Source: Yuukianura sp. NJ FZ-2021 (taxonomy: Eukaryota). Taken from it: 20,000 bases of DNA. The stretch is taken from NCBI GenBank assembly GCA_046563655.1, contig CM102289.1, forward strand, positions 10,167,436 to 10,187,435. Reading direction: 5' to 3'. Both the position numbers and the translations under genes were made by a program. The notes under the pieces are model-generated. The model was not told the origin of the DNA. It searched no databases and was given only the letters and a program-made list of their open reading frames with translations. Shown here piece by piece: positions 1-11,149 of this stretch (position 1 is the first letter of the stretch; every line of letters starts with the position of its first letter).

Positions 1-2780
1 AGCAAAATTCCCAAAATCCGAAAATCCTAAAACACTAAAAACCTAAAGAGCAAAATTCCCAAAATCCGAAAATCCTAAAACACTAAAAACCTAAAGAGCA
101 AAATTCCCAAAATCCGAAAATCCTAAAACACTAAAAACCTAAAGAGCAAAATTCCCAAAATCCGAAAATCCTAAAACACTAAAAACCTAAAGAGCAAAAT
201 TCCCAAAATCCGAAAATCCTAAAACACTAAAAACCTAAAGAGCAAAATTCCCAAAATCCGAAAATCCTAAAACACGAAGGAGCAAAATTCTCAAAATTCG
301 AAAATCCTAAAACACTAAAAATCTAAAGAGCAAAATTCCCAAAATCCGAAAATCCTAAAACACTAAAAACCTAAAGAGCAAAATTCCCAAAATCCGAAAA
401 TCCTAAAACACTAAAAACCTAAAGAGCAAAATTCCCAAAATCCGAAAATCCTAAAACACTAAAAACCTAAAGAGCAAAATTCCCAAAATCCGAAAATCCT
501 AAAACACTAAAAACCTAAAGAGCAAAATTCCCAAAATCCGAAAATCCTAAAACACTAAAAACCTAAAGAGCAAAACTTCCAAAATCCGAAAATCCTAAAA
601 CACTAAAATCCTAAAGAGCAAAACTCCCAAAATCCGAAAATCCTAAAACACTAAAATCCTAAAGAGCAAAACTCCCAAAATCCGAAAATCCTAAAACACA
701 AAAATCCTAAAGAGCAAAACTCCCAAAATCCGAAAATCCTAAAACACGAAGAAGCAAAATTCCCAAAATCCGAAAATCCTAAAACACTAAAAACCTAAAG
801 AGCAAAATTCCCAAAATCCGAAAATCCTAAAACACTAAAAACCTAAAGAGCAAAATTCCCAAAATCCGAAAATCCTAAAACACTAAAAACCTAAAGAGCA
901 AAATTCCCAAAATCCGAAAATCCTAAAACACTAAAAACCTAAAGAGCAAAATTCCCAAAATCCGAAAATCCTAAAACACTAAAAACCTAAAGAGCAAAAT
1001 TCCCAAAATCCGAAAATCCTAAAACACTAAAAACCTAAAGAGCAAAATTCCCAAAATCCGAAAATCCTAAAACACTAAAAACCTAAAGAGCAAAATTCCC
1101 AAAATCCGAAAATCCTAAAACACTAAAAACCTAAAGAGCAAAATTCTCAAAATTCGAAAATCCTAAAACACTAAAAATCTAAAGAGCAAAATTCCCAAAA
1201 TCCGAAAATCCTAAAACACTAAAAACCTAAAGAGCAAAATTCCCAAAATCCGAAAATCCTAAAACACTAAAAACCTAAAGAGCAAAATTCCCAAAATCCG
1301 AAAATCCTAAAACACTAAAAACCTAAAGAGCAAAACTCCCAAAATCCGAAAATCCTAAAACACTAAAATCCTAAAGAGCAAAACTCCCAAAATCCGAAAA
1401 TCCTAAAACACGAAGAAGCAAAATTCCCAAAATCCGAAAATCCTAAAACACTAAAAACCTAAAAAGCAAAATTCCCAAAATCCGAAAATCCTAAAACACT
1501 AAAAACCTAAAGAGCAAAATTCCCAAAATCCGAAAATCCTAAAACACTAAAAACCTAAAGAGCAAAATTCCCAAAATCCGAAAATCCTAAAACACTAAAA
1601 ACCTAAAGAGCAAAATTCCCAAAATCCGAAAATCCTAAAACACGAAGGAGCAAAATTCTCAAAATTCGAAAATCCTAAAACACTAAAAATCTAAAGAGCA
1701 AAATTCCCAAAATCCGAAAATCCTAAAACACTAAAAACCTAAAGAGCAAAATTCCCAAAATCCGAAAATCCTAAAACACTAAAAACCTAAAGAGCAAAAT
1801 TCCCAAAATCCGAAAATCCTAAAACACGAAGGAGCAAAATTCTCAAAATTCGAAAATCCTAAAACACTAAAAATCTAAAGAGCAAAATTCCCAAAATCCG
1901 AAAATCCTAAAACACTAAAAACCTAAAGAGCAAAATTCCCAAAATCCGAAAATCCTAAAACACTAAAAACCTAAAGAGCAAAATTCCCAAAATCCGAAAA
2001 TCCTAAAACACTAAAAACCTAAAGAGCAAAATTCCCAAAATCCGAAAATCCTAAAACACTAAAAACCTAAAGAGCAAAATTCCCAAAATCCGAAAATCCT
2101 AAAACACGCCTAAAGAGCAAAACTTCTCAAAATTCGAAAATCCTAAAACACTAAAAATCTAAAGAGCAAAATTCCCAAAATCCGAAAATCCTAAAACACA
2201 AAAAACCTAAAGAGCAAAATTCCCAAAATCCGAAAATCCTAAAACACTAAAAACCTAAAGAGCAAAATTCCCAAAATCCGAAAATCCTAAAACACGAAGG
2301 AGCAAAATTCTCAAAATTCGAAAATCCTAAAACACTAAAAATCTAAAGAGCAAAATTCCCAAAATCCGAAAATCCTAAAACACTAAAAACCTAAAGAGCA
2401 AAATTCCCAAAATCCGAAAATCCTAAAACACTAAAAACCTAAAGAGCAAAATTCCCAAAATCCGAAAATCCTAAAACACGAAGGAGCAAAACTCCCAAAA
2501 TCCGAAAATCCTAAAACACTAAAATCCTAAAGAGCAAAACTCCCAAAATCCGAAAATCCTAAAACACGAAGAAGCAAAATTCCCAAAATCCGAAAATCCT
2601 AAAACACTAAAAACCTAAAAAGCAAAATTCCCAAAATCCGAAAATCCTAAAACACTAAAAACCTAAAGAGCAAAATTCCCAAAATCCGAAAATCCTAAAA
2701 CACTAAAAACCTAAAGAGCAAAATTCCCAAAATTCTAAAGTCCTAAAACACTAAAAACCTAAAGAGCAAAATTCCCAAAA
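1..2780. repeat. 48-bp tandem satellite (AGCAAAATTCCCAAAATCCGAAAATCCTAAAACACTAAAAACCTAAAG), about 58 copies, truncated by the window start
   Basis: Period of 48 is visible directly. The unit is built of 7-9 bp A-run subunits and has two CCTAA motifs. Recurrent 40-bp (…CACGAAGG / …CACGAAGA) and TCTC/TTCG variants occur. Confidence 0.98.
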
Positions 2781-2945
2781 CCAAAGCAGAATCACTGCTG
2801 AAAGCTGCAAAAGTTAGAGGTGTCTAAAATGTGGAAGACCATAGCGCTTAAGTCACCGTGGCCAAATTCCCGAATTTTTGTATCATTCCCCGCTTAGAAA
2901 AGAATTAAGCTTAATATTCAACATTTATTATCATTTTACAACAAA

Positions 2946-4613
2946 ATGTCAAAGGACCATACCGGAATTCCCATAAGAATGAGATTCTTTGGGCCACATG
3001 GAGGTTTTGCATTGAGCGAGATGGGAGGAAATACACGGAGAGGAGAAAAACTCTTTTCCCATACATTTCTCTCATCTCATCGCCCATCTCTCGCAATGCA
3101 ACTCGCTCTCTGGGCCCAGCCTTATAGAAACCCGGTAAGGCCCTTTGGATCACTGCTCTTTATTTTATAGATAACCATAAAATTTTTATAGCGCTTGTAT
3201 TCATTAACTAGGCAAAACTTATTATAAAAAAAAATAGTTTTAGTATTTGATTTAAGAAGAAAGGAATGGATGCCAAAATGATAGATGCGTGAGTGAGTAG
3301 TAAGAAGTAATGTCAATGTCTTACTCTCAAACCACAAAAGCTGGCTCAATATTCTTTGTCAGGACTATAATATCGTTCAGTCTTTTGTAGGAGCTTATTC
3401 GGCCTGGACCTATCGCAGATGGTGTGAGAGTTGAATACGAGTTAGTAGCAAGTGTTTCAGTAAGTATGCTGTTTGGACCTGCATCCAAGCCAGTTCGCAG
3501 CAAGTATATGGAAATGTATAAATTGAAGTATGGGAAATGTGCAGTCGGACAGTCCAGAAGTTGCTGTTCGATCGAGGACGAGCCTACTTACGCGCAAAAA
3601 GCTGTGTCTTTTGCTTATTTGATCGAAGACGAAACACCCAATGATAAATTTTATAAAGAAGAATTTACAAAGAAGAAAGTTAGAGGTTTGAAACCTAGAA
3701 GCGCTGATGCGGGAAGGAATGCAAGTTCTGGTATTAAATTTTCCACTTTAGTTGGTGGTAAATTCGAGGATTCCAAGAGGTATGATTTGTTTGTTATACG
3801 AACTACTCAAAACTGGGTCCAAGTTAACGAACCTATTTAACGTTAGCATCATTTGTCTTTAGCACAACATCATCTGCTTGTACGGATACGATTGAAAACA
3901 GGGCACTTGACCCAACGGTTACTCCTCCCATCATGGAGTCAGTGGAGACACAAGACGACGACCATAGTCGAACCGAACTGGATGATTTGGAGTAGGATTT
4001 TCATGAAATTATGATAAATTGAGATTGTTCTTTAATTATAATTATTGAGGTTGCGTTTCTAACTACTTGCTTTTATTTATTTTAGAAATTCTAACTGCAC
4101 AGGAGCCTCAAAAAATAATGATGTTAAGAAAGCAGTTAATGTTATTCCTGCTGCTCTGGAAATGAACGATACTACTGTTGCATGCAGCCAAGCATCATTT
4201 GTTACAGTAAATGAAAATTGTCATAGGTTAGTAACCAAAATCTTGTTCCTTCGACTTTAATTTTTTTTAATTTCAATGCACTTTTTGTTTATAAATTTGT
4301 CATTTGTAGGGAGCATACTCCGAGAGGCCTACTCAAAAATATAGATGAAAAACGATTATTTGACTCTATTTATGAGGTGGCTCAAATCAGCGGAATGCGG
4401 TCACTTGGAAGGAATCAATACAAGTGGAAAAGGGTTTGCGAATTAGTTGAATCCTTTAATACTACATCTTTCAAGTCCAAGCAATGGAATTGGGGTGGTG
4501 TAAAAAATTTCTTTTACAATAATCTTATGAAACATGCACGCTACAAGTTATATTATCCTCAAAATTCTGATGCTCGAATTTACTTTGAAACAAAATATAC
4601 ACGGAAAAAGTAG
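2946..4613 (+). CDS. Predicted intact 5-exon gene (~383 aa), unknown protein with a possible C-terminal Myb/SANT-like domain
   Basis: Exons 2946-3134, 3391-3779, 3863-3991, 4086-4226 and 4310-4613 are joined by GT-AG introns with compatible phases (0,2,2,2) and no internal stop. The last exon reads EKRLFDSIYEV…KWKRVCELV…WNWGGVKNFFYNNL. Exon 1 is the least certain. Confidence 0.6.
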
Positions 4614-4637
4614 GAAGCTTCTTATCGTGTTTATGCG

Positions 4638-5560
4638 GGATTCCAAAATGGAAGTCAATTTGGGATTCCAAAATGGAAGTCGAAATGGGACTCCTAAACG
4701 GGTTAGTTTCAACTCAAAATGGATGTCAATATGGGACTCCAAAATGGACGTCCAATTAGACTCCCAAAGAGTTGTTTAAACTCAAAATGGGATTCCAAAG
4801 TGGAACTTAATTTGGGATTCCAAAATGGAAGTCAAAATGGGACTCCTAAAGGGGTTAGTTTCAACTCAAAATGGAAGTCAAAATGGGACTCCAAAATGGA
4901 AGTCAAAATGGGACTCCTAAAGGGGTTAGTTTCAACTCAAAATGGAAGTCAAAATGGGACTCCAAAATGGAAGCGACTCCAAACCCCTCAGTTTTAATTC
5001 AAAATTTAAGTCCATGCAATCGATACACAGTTGGTTTGCACCGACTGTATATGGCAAGAAAGAGCAAGGAAAAATACGTGGCTGGAGTGGGACTCGAACC
5101 CACATCATTACCATTCCGGGGTAACCGCTCTCACCATTGAGCTACCCAGACACAGTACTTTCCTGCTCTGAAATTCTGCCTTTTAACCTGAACAGTCCAA
5201 GTACGACAGCCCTTCATTTCAACTCAAAATGGAACTCCAAATGGACTCCTAAATTCTCTCCTAATTTCAACCCAAAATGAAAGTCAAAATGGGACTTCAA
5301 AATGGACGTCCAAAAGGGACTTCAAAATGGAAGTCGAAAATGGACTCCCAAAGCACTGTCCCAATTTCAACTCCAAATGGAATCCCAAAGTCGACTCCCA
5401 ATGCCCTCTCCTAATTTTACTCCTAAGTGGAAGTAGAAATTGGACTCCGAAAGCACTGTCCCAATTTCAAACAAAATGAAGTCCAAATGGGACTTCAAAA
5501 CGGAAGTCCAAATGGGACTCCAAACGCCTCAGTTTCAACTCAAAATGGAAGTCCAAATAG
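4638..5560. repeat. Complex minisatellite of 12-13 bp units (AAAATGGAAGTC / AAAATGGGACTCC) with a TTTCAACTC-containing spacer, interrupted at ~5012-5212
   Basis: Many direct copies are visible; ORFs here are repetitive (QNGSQNGTPK). Confidence 0.92.
5079..5151 (-). mobile_element. tRNA-derived element (SINE head or tRNA pseudogene) inserted in the minisatellite
   Basis: Minus strand shows A box TAGCTCAATGG, D stem GCTC/GAGC, stem TTACC/GGTAA with loop CCGGAAT (no U33), T arm GTGGG-TTCGAGT-CCCAC, a mismatched acceptor stem and a following T run. Confidence 0.75.
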
Positions 5561-5830
5561 GTGAAAATAAAGTTTTTGGAAAAAGTTTATCTGTTAAGGT
5601 GATTACATACTGTGAGAATAAATTTTTTGGAAAAAAGTTTTTCTTTTAAGGTAATTATACATACTGTAACGTAAGAATTAAATTTTTGAAAAAGTTTCTC
5701 TCTTAAGGTGATTACATACTCTGAGAATTATATTTTTGAAAAAGATTTCTTTTAAGGTGATTACATACTATGAGAATAAAATTTTTGAAAATTTTTCTTT
5801 CTTAAGGTGACTACATTCTATGAGTATTAA
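5558..5830. repeat. ~50-bp degenerate tandem repeat (TAAGGTGATTACATACTNTGAGAATAAATTTTTGAAAAA…), about 5.5 copies
   Basis: TAAGGTGATTACATAC-type core at about 5596, 5647, 5704, 5753 and 5803. Confidence 0.9.
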
Positions 5831-5869
5831 ACCTACGTTGCACCTATGTTTTAAACTTATGTCTACGTT

Positions 5870-6213
5870 TCACCACGAAGGTCGATGGACGTGCAGATTT
5901 CGACTCAGAATACTGCGTACATCTTGAGTGAATGTCGAGGCGTCTAATACTTTGAGGATGAGGAGGGCGGTAGCATCTGTGAACCAGGATTTGATCAGCA
6001 TTGCATTGGCTACAGGCACAGACCACTAGTTAGTTAAATAGTCATTTGGACTGAATCAGCTCTTGAGGTTAAGTTAGCCGGGTAAGAGCGATAAGCTTCT
6101 GGTGAGTTGTCCAGAATAAATATGGAGTTGAGACCATTGGAAATGATGGACAGATCCTTCGAGAAGGAACCCAAGTGAAGAGTGCAGTGTTGTCGCCAGT
6201 ATCTCGTCTCCAG
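5870..6213 (-). pseudogene. CTDNEP1: CTD nuclear envelope phosphatase 1 (Dullard) 3' fragment
   Basis: 6213-6078 reads [45 protein letters not shown]. 6009-5870 reads [45 protein letters not shown]. Both match the CTDNEP1 C-terminus (RYYRQHCT…DNSPGAYRSHP…DVRSVLSRNLH). Donor is CT instead of GT at 6077; small deletions. Not in the ORF track. Confidence 0.92.
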
Positions 6214-8631
6214 GCTGGAGAATCTCCAGATTTAGGTTTCGAATCGGTTTCAGTGTCATTGTCTTTGCTTCCTTCCTCTTTTTTACTTTCTTCACCGCCA
6301 GCATTCTCAGACTGTTCGCTGTTCTCTCCGTTTGTGCTGGAATATCATCTCCACTCCCTGTAAAATGAAATGTTTCCATCACAATCTAATTCAAATGCTA
6401 AATCCCGCTTATTTCAAAATTAACCTGAAAATAACTTGCTAAAAGCTGATCCCAATTTAGACAGGGTATCCTCTTCTGGAGAAGCAACTGTTTCCACGGT
6501 TGCATTCTTCTGAAAAACAGATTCTACTAGTAGAGTGAGACTGATGATTCCATTTTCGTCCAAATTGTAATGGGCTTTGACGCCTTTCACTTCAATACCA
6601 TCGCCAATATTTTTAACACCTTTCAGATTCACTTTGGTAATGTTAGGAGTCTCGGTGGCACTAAAAACAACAAAAATGGAAATCAGCTGATACTTAAATT
6701 AACAAATTAAAAGCAAATCTTACTTGGCTTATGGCTTGGTGTGCTGGAACTTGCAACTCGCCGTAGCTGACGTAGAAACTGAAATCGTCTACGCTTATTG
6801 AATGTTCAGATCTTCTGTGGATAAGGATTCATGTAAGAAAAGAAAGTTCGGCGAACAATCTTGACTGGCCGGGCGGCTCCATCTTCTCCCTCCAGTTCCC
6901 GCTCAAAATCGACCTGCAAAAGAAACATTTCATTATTTGATGACTAATTTGAGCGATTTGTTTTAAAAACTTACCAAAATGGGAAAGAGAACAGCATTTT
7001 TGGTCAAAAACTTTTTCACTTTGAATCCAGAGCTGAGATCAGTTGCTTTGTAAACGGCGCCCATCACTGCAGCCTCGTCCGTGTTCTGACTCTTTCCTAA
7101 TTCTCGTTTCAAAACTTCAGTCAGTTTTTCCTGGACTTTTGGAATACGCGTTCCAGCTCCAACTAAAATGACTTGGTCAATGAGGTCCCTTGTAATTCCA
7201 GCGGCTGTTAACGCTTGTTCAACTGGATAGTTGACACGTTCGACCAGATCTTCACATAAACTCTCAAACTCGGCACGGGAAACGGAAGTTTTGAAGTCTT
7301 GTTCATCCAAAAGACCTTCAACCTGTAATCAAAAAGTCAGCACATTTCAAACATCGTTTTCAAAATTTAGTTCTTTCGAAGTGTTTTCATATTTTCATGG
7401 TTGAATCATTCAAATGGTGACTTCAGCCTGCATGTAACATGAACCGAAGCGCATTCTTTTACATTTGAAGTTTGAACGGAATAACAAGGAAAAAGTTGCG
7501 GTTCGAAAATACTTCAAAAGTAGTAAAAAAAATGAAGTAGAAACGTAGAAAAAATTTTTTACCTGAGCGTAGTGATCAGCGTTAGCACTCAAAACGTTTT
7601 TGAGTCCGCCGGTTTCCTTGAACAATTTGGCCAGGGTACGGCGGCTAGTAAAAACATTAGTTTCGGTCTTCTTCAGGTCATTGAAAGCCTTGCCCAGAAA
7701 ATCCCTCAGCCGAAGTTGCATTTCCAGACCACCCAGTGTATGATCGTATCTGAAACCAAGTGAATCAGCTGATCAACTTATTTCTGAAAACATGATGTTC
7801 GCAGTGTAATTTCAAATTCTAGACTTACCCAACACCAAGAATTGTCAACTGTGGATTAGTTTCAACTACTCCCTTCTCCTTAGTTTTCGTCATCTGATAG
7901 CTGATTACAGTAGCAACTGTAGTGGATGCTCCCATGTCATACAAGAGAAGGTGCTGAGGAGTCTCGTTGAAATCTTTTCAACAAAAAATACAATAGTTCA
8001 AAGCACCTAACAACATTCAAGTGTATTAAAAACGCCATTCCGACGAATAAAATTATCAAAATTCAAATATTTTGTGAGAGATTGATTACTGACCGTGGTT
8101 GCGTTTATGAACTGAAGAACATTGATATCCGCCAATTCGGATGCGTGCAGAACTGCTTGTCTGTCGGCTTGGTTGAAATAAGGTGGAACGGTGATGAGTG
8201 CTTCCATGACCGGTTGACTAGAAAACTCCTGAGCATAGTCACGCGCTTGGCTTAGAATCATTCCAAGGAGTTCCTCAGATGAATAAAAAGGTTCACTACA
8301 AACAGATAAATCAGTAATTAATAATTAATCATCAATCAGCTGTTATCGATTTAGGTTACGGCACCTGTCATGTTGAAAAAGAACTGTCCCACAGTCAGGA
8401 TCAGGAACTAAGTTGTAGTAAGGAAATCTCTTTTGATAAAGCTCTACAATTGGATTATCAATCTTCTTTACCAAGAGTTCCAAGAAGTAAAGGTAAGCAT
8501 TGGATGGGAAACGAACTGCTACGTTCAGTGCATCTTCTCCAATGAGCCGCTCATTGTCACGGAACGATACGGCAACTGGTGTTTTCCGCTTTGACTTGGG
8601 CACTCCAGGCTATAATAAAACGTATTAAGAG
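6214..8631 (-). pseudogene. HYOU1: Hypoxia up-regulated 1 / GRP170 (ER Hsp70-family) internal fragment, 8 exons
   Basis: Exons 8609-8365, 8295-8094, 8006-7829, 7749-7563, 7322-6975, 6913-6724, 6660-6425 and 6357-~6222. Motifs [63 protein letters not shown]. In-frame TGA at 7980-7978 and 6808-6806, frameshifts, and a deletion after PGVP. No signal-peptide exon and no C-terminus. Confidence 0.95.
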
Positions 8632-8694
8632 TCCAGCATCCTCCTCCCCTTGTCCACTTCATCCGCAACTCCTGTTTTCAAATTCACAACTTAA
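8632..8694 (-). pseudogene. CTDNEP1: CTDNEP1/Dullard short middle fragment (intron 3' end plus exon start GVADEVDKGRRML)
   Basis: 8638-8694 is 56/57 identical to 12507-12563. The reading frame continues at 6213 (…[13 protein letters not shown]). Confidence 0.88.
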
Positions 8695-8728
8695 ATGGGA
8701 TTTGGAAACTTCAATTAAGATCTCTTAC

Positions 8729-9928
8729 CCGATTTTTGGATTGTGTTTCCTGGGATTCGTTACTGTAGTGCATTTGGGAAAGAGTTTCTTCACATCCTCT
8801 CTAGTCACATCGGCATGAATGTTCGTCACGTAGAGACAAAATGGGTCAATGTGCTCAGGGTTATTCGTCACACGCGTGTCACTGTCCAGTTTCTCCTCCA
8901 CCTTAGAATAAAAACAAAGCTAGATAACTATCAACCCAAGCAAGAGAATAAAGATACTTGGAGGTTTTAGAATGAACTGGAAATGTTTAAACTTACGGTG
9001 ATATTTGAACCAGCGAATTTGACTTTCTTCAAGGCTTCCACTCCCTTCTTGACGTCTGCGTCGTGCTTGAAGATGACGAGAAACTGTCTGGGTTCGACAG
9101 ATTTGGCAAAGACTGCAATTTCGATGCCCCCATGCCACGCCTTCACAATTTGCTCTGTGATGGGAGGGTCATGCACTTTGATCAAGTACACACGACCACC
9201 ATGACCCAGCTCCTGCTCCGCCTTCATTCCTCGCTCGCAGGCTCCAGCCGGTCTTGGATTAGAACCCAATTTCTAAACACAGTCACAAGTTTACCAATTG
9301 GGAAGAAAGGTAGTGGAAAAGCGTGGATTACTTACGCTAGTCAAGCGTTGGAATCGGCCCTTCGTCTGGGCTTTCTTGTGAATGTTCTTACTCTGCGCAG
9401 AAACTTTATTCAATCCTCCCTTGGCTTGATCTTTCTTCTGGAACTTGTGCTTTGGCTGTTGCGTGGCTGGAGCTTTCGGTGGCGAAGTGCCTTTCGTCAC
9501 TTCCACCTTCTTTGCACCCACTGGTGGAGGAGCCACTTTCTTGTTCAAATTCTGAGGTTGAGTCTTCTGATTGTCATGCTTCTGTTCCTGTTTCGGAGGA
9601 TCTCCACCTACAGCCAAAAAACAGTTTTTAGAAAAGTTGATTCCAGATATCTGAAAGTAATTAACTGGTTTGGTTACCTTTGCATTGTGGCTGCTTGGTA
9701 CTTTGTTGACTACCGAAGGACTTGTTTCCTCCGAATTTATTGGGACGCTGACCTTGAAGTCCTCCAGGGGATTTACCTTGTTGGTTTTTGGGAAATTTGG
9801 ATGGGTATTGTTTCCCCCAACGGACTGCAAACACAAAACACAATCTTCAAGTCATAATTAAGTCAAGACTTAAGTAAGGAAGGAAAAATAGGAAAACTTA
9901 CCTTTCGTTTCTCGGCTGCCATGATCAT
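8729..9928 (-). pseudogene. 5' part of a two-RRM RNA-binding protein gene (painting-of-fourth/nucleolin-like), 5 exons
   Basis: Exons 9922-9902 (MAAEKRK), ~9824-9678, 9607-9336, 9272-8996 and 8901-8729. K/Q/P/G-rich N-terminus, a degenerate RRM (RVYLIKV…FLVIFKH…LKKVKFAGSNITV) and the start of a second RRM (IDPFCLYVTNIHADVTREDVKKLFP). One frameshift near 9805; truncated inside RRM2. Confidence 0.75.
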
Positions 9929-9960
9929 GTTCCCTTCAACTATTCTGTACTTCCTACCAG

Positions 9961-10122
9961 GAAACAACTTGTGGATTAAGCAATGAACAGACGGTGACCT
10001 TTAAGTTGGACGACGTCGAGGTCAACGTAATGACAACTGGATGAGCGACTACTGCTGACAAGGAGGAATTCAAAGTGAATCTGAGAACAGGGACTTCCAC
10101 TTCACAGAGGAGTAACAAGTAA
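9961..10122 (+). pseudogene. Possible last-exon fragment of an unidentified gene
   Basis: Pyrimidine tract plus CAG at 9958-9960, then ETTCGLSNEQTVTFKLDDVEVNVMTTG*ATTADKEEFKVNLRTGTSTSQRSNK* with one internal TGA. Confidence 0.3.
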
Positions 10123-10414
10123 CTCCACTGGTCTTATTTATAACTTTTTCTTTTCTGAGTGCGGACCACGCGTGTAACAAAAATTCCGCCATAAAGTCAC
10201 TATCGGAGGCTAATACTCGGAAAAGAGTAGAAACTGCAGATAGAGTTATCTGATTCTTAGACACTCCTATGTTTTGTACTTGACACAAAGTGCGGGAACC
10301 TAATTTAAATAGTTTAAGTTGTTAGATTTAACAAATCTAATACAATTCGATTACAAGAAAACAATTACTAAATTAATTAGTAATGAAGAATAATTATCTG
10401 TTGCTTTGCTTCAG

Positions 10415-11093
10415 TTTGAATAACAACTTGTGCAACTGTTGTTATTCACTTGATCTGGACCTGGAGGATTAGTGGAGGAAGACTCGTCTCCAATCAACTA
10501 AACGGTAACAATGTAACTTAAAAGGGAATCAGTTTTTACATGTGTTTTTATATCCTTAGGTCAGTTGGTTGTTAGCGATTAGTGACTCGGACGACACTGA
10601 CTTGGAGAACTTACGACAACTGGCCCTCAGCAGTCTCCTCAAGAACAACTTCCCACTTCAGACGAGTGAGTGCTGTGAGTGTTTCCCTGTCCACTTAGTA
10701 CTTTTCAATCATCATAGTGTTTCGTTTGTTTTGTATTAGGTCTTTTACCGTTCAACCTCCAACCTCATCTCAATTGAACCGGTGGAGAACTCCAAAAGAA
10801 GAATGAGGATGATGGACCCACAGTAGAGGAAGATGACAACGGACAGAGTGACGACGACAGGAGCAGTGGAAGCGAATATGCGGTTGTCGGTAATTGTCAC
10901 AACCAATGAAGCTAAAGGAACTGGACGTTGTTATGAATTTGTCGCTGGCTGTTGTGTTTTTCTAGAAGAGGGACTTTCTGTTTCATGTGGTGATGTGGAC
11001 CAAGTGATTGAGGAAGTTGTTGTGTCGGAGGGTGAGAACATGAACATGACAAGTCCAGAGGAAGAAGAGGCTGAAGATGCCGCCGTCAGTTAG
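10415..11093 (+). pseudogene. 5' fragment of an unidentified acidic protein gene (multi-exon)
   Basis: GT-AG introns at about 10505-10559, 10666-10739 and 10890-10965. Peptides SDSDDTDLENLRQLALSSL (preceded by ATT at 10578, a plausibly mutated ATG), STSNLISIEPVEN, EDDGPTVEEDDNGQSDDD and DQVIEEVVVSEGE; frameshifted. Confidence 0.5.
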
Positions 11094-11149
11094 CCATGCT
11101 TCTTTCGACGAGATTCACTTAGGAGTGCATTAGGAGTAACCTAATGTCA

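Noticed and set aside
5079..5151. Functional tRNA-Ser(GGA)
   Set aside because: No U33, mismatched acceptor stem, no long variable arm, and it lies within an insertion in a repeat.
4534..5649. Several 60-92 aa ORFs
   Set aside because: Translations of the minisatellite and the tRNA-like insert.
9063..9857. 264-aa plus-strand ORF
   Set aside because: Antisense shadow of the spliced RRM gene; no ATG at the listed start and no recognisable motif.
10070..10299. Minus-strand exon-like ORF (LCQVQNIGVSKNQITL…)
   Set aside because: Has a possible acceptor but no recognisable homology or donor; cannot be supported without a search.
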